Positions 61,695-64,000 of a DNA stretch of 64,000 nt are shown here, in pieces. How positions within the stretch are numbered: position 1 is the first letter of the stretch; every line of letters starts with the position of its first letter. The position numbers and the translations under genes are program-made. The notes under the pieces were generated by a model. It was not told where the DNA came from, did not search any database, and saw only the letters and a list, made by a program, of their open reading frames with translations. Source of the stretch: Clostridia bacterium (GTDB lineage: Bacteria; Bacillota; Clostridia; Oscillospirales; CAG-272); the NCBI GenBank assembly GCA_017502915.1, contig JAFVUB010000014.1, positions 10,777-74,776 on the forward strand, written 5' to 3'.

Positions 61695-64000
61695 TTACTC
61701 AGCCTTCTTGTACTCGTTGGTAAGATCGCCGTTGTTGGCGCTTACGAAGGCATCCCACTCAGCATCGGTGTAGTTAACGATGTTGTATCTGATTCCGCCG
61801 TAACCCATGAAGGTGTTGTAATCGTCGCTTACGCTCGAGAACTTAGCACCGTCAAGAGCCATCTCTGCGTCGAAGGAGCACTGGAGCGAGAAGAACTTAG
61901 CAAGTACGTACTCTTCGAGCATTGCAAGGATCTCAAGTCTTGCTTCGTAAGGAGCAAAGCCCTCACCCCAGTTGTAGGTGAATTCCTGCTCTTCGTTTGC
62001 GGCGTTACCGTTGAGGCAGAAGTACCAGTTAACAACGCTCATAGTGTGAGCCTGGCCGGCGCCCTCGTAATCACCTGCGGGCATCGTGAAGGTGATGTTT
62101 TCCTTCGAGGAATCCCACCAAGAGGAGAACTTAAGCGAATCGTTGGGGTCAACGAAAGCTCCGATGGTGTTGAAGGGGTTAAAGATGTTACCGCCGATAC
62201 CTGCAACGATGCAGAGATCGTAAGAACCTGCCTTGAAGGAATCAGACCAGGTGGAGCCGTACTTGGTATCCATAGTGATCTTGATCTTACCAGCAAGAGG
62301 AGTATCCTTGGTCAGCTCGTCGACCAGACCCTGCATGAAGTTGAGCTTCTTGGTGCTGGTCTCGGAAGCGTTGGTTGCGCCGTAAAGCAGGGTGATATTC
62401 TGAGTTGCATCGTAGCCGTACTTTTCAGCGTTGGCGGTCAGCTCCTGGTAAGCGCTGAGGAGAAGCTCCTTAGCCTTTGCAGGATTATAACCGTTCATTG
62501 CATCGTATGCCTTGTCGGTGTCGGCATAAGTGTGAGTACCGTCGGTCCAGGTGCCGTCTGCGTTCTCGGTGAATCCGTAGGTGCGGAGGAGAGCCTTCTT
62601 AGCCTGAGGAGTGTTTCTGTAAACAACACCGTTCTCAACGTCGGAGAAGTAGCCCTCACCGATGAGACCGTAAGAAGGAGGCAGAGTTCCGAAAACGGTC
62701 TTGTTGAAGTCAGCTCTGTCAAGCGAGAGCGAGAGAGCCTGTCTGAAGTCCTGAATGGCAAGAATACCGTTGTTTCTGCCGCTGACCTTCAGAACGTCAA
62801 GGTTAGAATAGATCTGGATACCGTAAGCGGTAGAAGCGTAGTTAACGACTGCATACTTGGAGTCAACGAACTCAAGGTGGTCGGAATCGATTCCGATGCC
62901 GTCGTACTTACCGGACAGGAAGCCCATCCACTGAGTCTCAAGCTTTTCAACAAGCTCACAGGTGATCTTGGTAATGTTGTACTGATTCTTGTTGGTCTCG
63001 AGACCGTAACCGAACCAGTTGTCGTTTCTAACAAGCTCATAGGACTTGCCGCTCTGGAAAGAGGCGAGCTTATAGGGTCCCCAGCTTGCAGAGGTTGCGA
63101 TAGAGGAGTTGTAGTTGGTGGTCCAAAGAGTGGAGCCTGCGGCAGGCTGCTTCTTGCAGGACTCGTAGAGATCCTTCTTTACGAGCGGCAGGCTGGACAT
63201 ATAGTATGCAGCGAGGTAGGAGAGAGTGCCGTCTTCCTTGAGGAGCTTCTGAGGAGCATCAAGGCAAACTACAAGCTCGTACTTCGAGGGAGCGTAGAGA
63301 CCTACGTTATCGAAGGAGAACTCATCGTTCTTATAGTACATAACTGCGAATGCATATGCGCCGTAGTCGCCCTCGTCCCACCACTCAACGAGATAATCGA
63401 AGGTGGCCTTCAGAGCGGGATCAGCCTTGATCTCTGCAAAGGTCTTGCCTTCGAGAGCGTTGATCTGATCTGCGGTGACCGAAACGGGAGCACCAAATGC
63501 AGCGCTAAGGGTAACGAGGTAGTCACCGGCGTTCTGATTTGCGTTCATACCGTAAGACTCGTAACCGCTGTTGTATGCAGCACGAAGGCTACTCATAATA
63601 GTTCCGGTCTTGGCATCGTTAACGGAAGAGCTGTTCAGCTTCCAAATGGTGATCTCGTCGAGAGCAGCATCATAAGCAGATGCAACGGAGTCAGCTGCAT
63701 CGTAACCCTCTTTACCGTTGTAAAGATAGGTCTTGGAATTCTTGATAAGAATGTTGTTATAGTAGGTGCTGGCGCGATAGTTCATGAAGTCAGGGTTGAG
63801 CTGTTCCTTCATGGAATATACGAAATCGTTTGCATCAATGGGCGTGCCGTCATCCCACTTGAGGTCTTCGCGAAGGGTGATCTTCCAAGCATATCCACCC
63901 TCTACGATCTGATCAGTGGTATATCCCCACTTTTTATCAACGGTAGCGGTTACGTCCTCGAGCTTGGTAGCTGCCGAGAAGTTGGTGGTAAAGCTTCCGG
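61695..64000 (-). CDS. Family-5 (OppA/DppA-like) ABC substrate-binding protein, oversized; 5' end beyond the window
   Basis: The track ORF starts at an internal Met (63812). The frame stays open to nt 64000: manual translation upstream reads ...GYAWKITLREDLKWDDGTPIDANDFVYSMKEQ, a typical SBP_bac_5 motif. More than 768 aa are visible. Confidence 0.8.
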   Translation of the reverse strand, partial: GSFTTNFSAATKLEDVTATVDKKWGYTTDQIVEGGYAWKITLREDLKWDDGTPIDANDFVYSMKEQLNPDFMNYRASTYYNNILIKNSKTYLYNGKEGYDAADSVASAYDAALDEITIWKLNSSSVNDAKTGTIMSSLRAAYNSGYESYGMNANQNAGDYLVTLSAAFGAPVSVTADQINALEGKTFAEIKADPALKATFDYLVEWWDEGDYGAYAFAVMYYKNDEFSFDNVGLYAPSKYELVVCLDAPQKLLKEDGTLSYLAAYYMSSLPLVKKDLYESCKKQPAAGSTLWTTNYNSSIATSASWGPYKLASFQSGKSYELVRNDNWFGYGLETNKNQYNITKITCELVEKLETQWMGFLSGKYDGIGIDSDHLEFVDSKYAVVNYASTAYGIQIYSNLDVLKVSGRNNGILAIQDFRQALSLSLDRADFNKTVFGTLPPSYGLIGEGYFSDVENGVVYRNTPQAKKALLRTYGFTENADGTWTDGTHTYADTDKAYDAMNGYNPAKAKELLLSAYQELTANAEKYGYDATQNITLLYGATNASETSTKKLNFMQGLVDELTKDTPLAGKIKITMDTKYGSTWSDSFKAGSYDLCIVAGIGGNIFNPFNTIGAFVDPNDSLKFSSWWDSSKENITFTMPAGDYEGAGQAHTMSVVNWYFCLNGNAANEEQEFTYNWGEGFAPYEARLEILAMLEEYVLAKFFSLQCSFDAEMALDGAKFSSVSDDYNTFMGYGGIRYNIVNYTDAEWDAFVSANNGDLTNEYKKAE

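Noticed and set aside
1-64000. A search for CRISPR arrays, rRNA or tRNA genes, IS elements, integrases, prophage genes, or toxin-antitoxin pairs near the defence cassette.
   Set aside because: I saw no direct-repeat/spacer periodicity, no tRNA-like or rRNA-like conserved segments in the intergenic regions, and no transposase, integrase or phage-structural motifs in any ORF. This was done by eye only, so a covariance-model or repeat-finder run should confirm it.

Overview
This 64-kb window is chromosomal and looks like a spore-forming Clostridia (Firmicutes) genome of mid GC content, judged by eye. That placement rests on the sporulation genes (yabP, yabQ, a SpoVB-like flippase, a PdaA-like deacetylase), the Bacillus-like pth-mfd and yabN/O/P/Q-divIC synteny, and GGAGG ribosome-binding sites. 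I can support about 57 protein genes, one TPP riboswitch, and several near-consensus sigma-A promoters and intrinsic terminators. I found no rRNA, tRNA, CRISPR array, transposase or integrase.

Gene content, left to right:
- 0-4.4 kb (minus strand): nusB, a TsaD-like gene, xseA, xseB, ispA, tlyA.
- 4.6-9.5 kb: a cell-envelope cluster with an SGNH lipoprotein, a DUF4358 lipoprotein, two polysaccharide deacetylases and a CHAP/SH3 hydrolase.
- 9.7-16.5 kb: metG, tatD, a stand-alone EF-G paralogue and an EEP hydrolase.
- 16.5-33.3 kb (minus strand): divIC, yabQ, yabP, yabO, hup, mazG, spoVB-like, mtaD-like, kinase, hemZ-like, dtd, relA, recJ, an FAD oxidoreductase, cdaR, cdaA.
- 33.5-36.8 kb: a P-loop ATPase followed by a four-subunit 2-oxoacid:ferredoxin oxidoreductase.
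- 36.9-43.4 kb: riboswitch-controlled thiT, then prsA-like, mfd, pth.
- 43.6-46.3 kb: ppdK.
- 46.3-49.6 kb: an uncharacterised operon (trigger-factor-like lipoprotein, DUF5685-like protein, J-domain protein, membrane protein).
- 55.0-64.0 kb: an Opp-type ABC transporter in which every subunit is unusually enlarged.

The main finding is a compact three-gene cassette at 49.77-54.98 kb. It encodes a TerB-N/TerB-C protein, a DUF2791 (BrxD-like) P-loop ATPase and an Lhr-like DEAH helicase. It has a perfect consensus promoter and a strong bidirectional terminator. The architecture matches the TerB-associated triad that, as I recall, was later validated as the Shango (SngABC) anti-phage system. Its mechanism and effector are unknown, and it sits here without any mobility genes.

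All family assignments come from reading motifs in the translations. No database search was run.
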